This document shows, in pieces, positions 33,527-33,632 of a stretch of 33,632 nt of DNA. The stretch is taken from contig NW_014040161.1 in the NCBI RefSeq assembly GCF_001186125.1, positions 1 through 33,632 of the forward strand. Reading direction: 5' to 3'. Position 1 is the stretch's first letter, and the number at the start of each line of letters is the position of its first letter. The translations under genes were made by a program, and so were the position numbers. Below the pieces are notes generated by a model. That model made no database searches. It saw only the letters and a list, made by a program, of their open reading frames with translations, and had not been told where the DNA came from. Source of the DNA: Sphaeroforma arctica JP610 (lineage: Eukaryota).

Positions 33527-33632
33527 TGATCAAGGGAGTCTCTCAAGGAATTAAGGGAGTATTTCAAGGAATCAAGGGGGTCTCTCCATTGATCAGGGGA
33601 GTCTTTCAAGGACTCAAGGGAGTCTCTCCAGG
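33527..33632. repeat. 21-bp tandem repeat running off the window end
   Basis: agtctctccagtgatcaaggg / agtctctcaaggaattaaggg. Confidence 0.8.

Overview
Eukaryotic genomic DNA with many GT-AG introns, a high minisatellite content and two 20-N gaps. The style suggests a unicellular opisthokont such as an ichthyosporean; that is inference only. Two spliced minus-strand genes can be reconstructed by hand. (1) Mitochondrial DNA polymerase gamma (POLG/MIP1): 21 phase-compatible exons between 33485 and about 14079, with Exo I-III and Pol A/B/C motifs; the 5' end lies outside the window. (2) A REV7/MAD2L2 HORMA-domain gene: 6 supported exons between 5571 and 1058; the first exon is uncertain. Between them, at 9648-9736 (+), lies an apparent circularly permuted tRNA-Leu(UAG): an intact 3' half, a 7-nt spacer, then an intact 5' half, split at 37/38, with complementary flanks forming a BHB-like splice structure and a downstream T-run. 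A second pattern is that many intronic minisatellites are tandem copies of the adjacent exon/intron junction, often keeping the splice sites. Most ORFs in the supplied track are repeat-derived or antisense artefacts.
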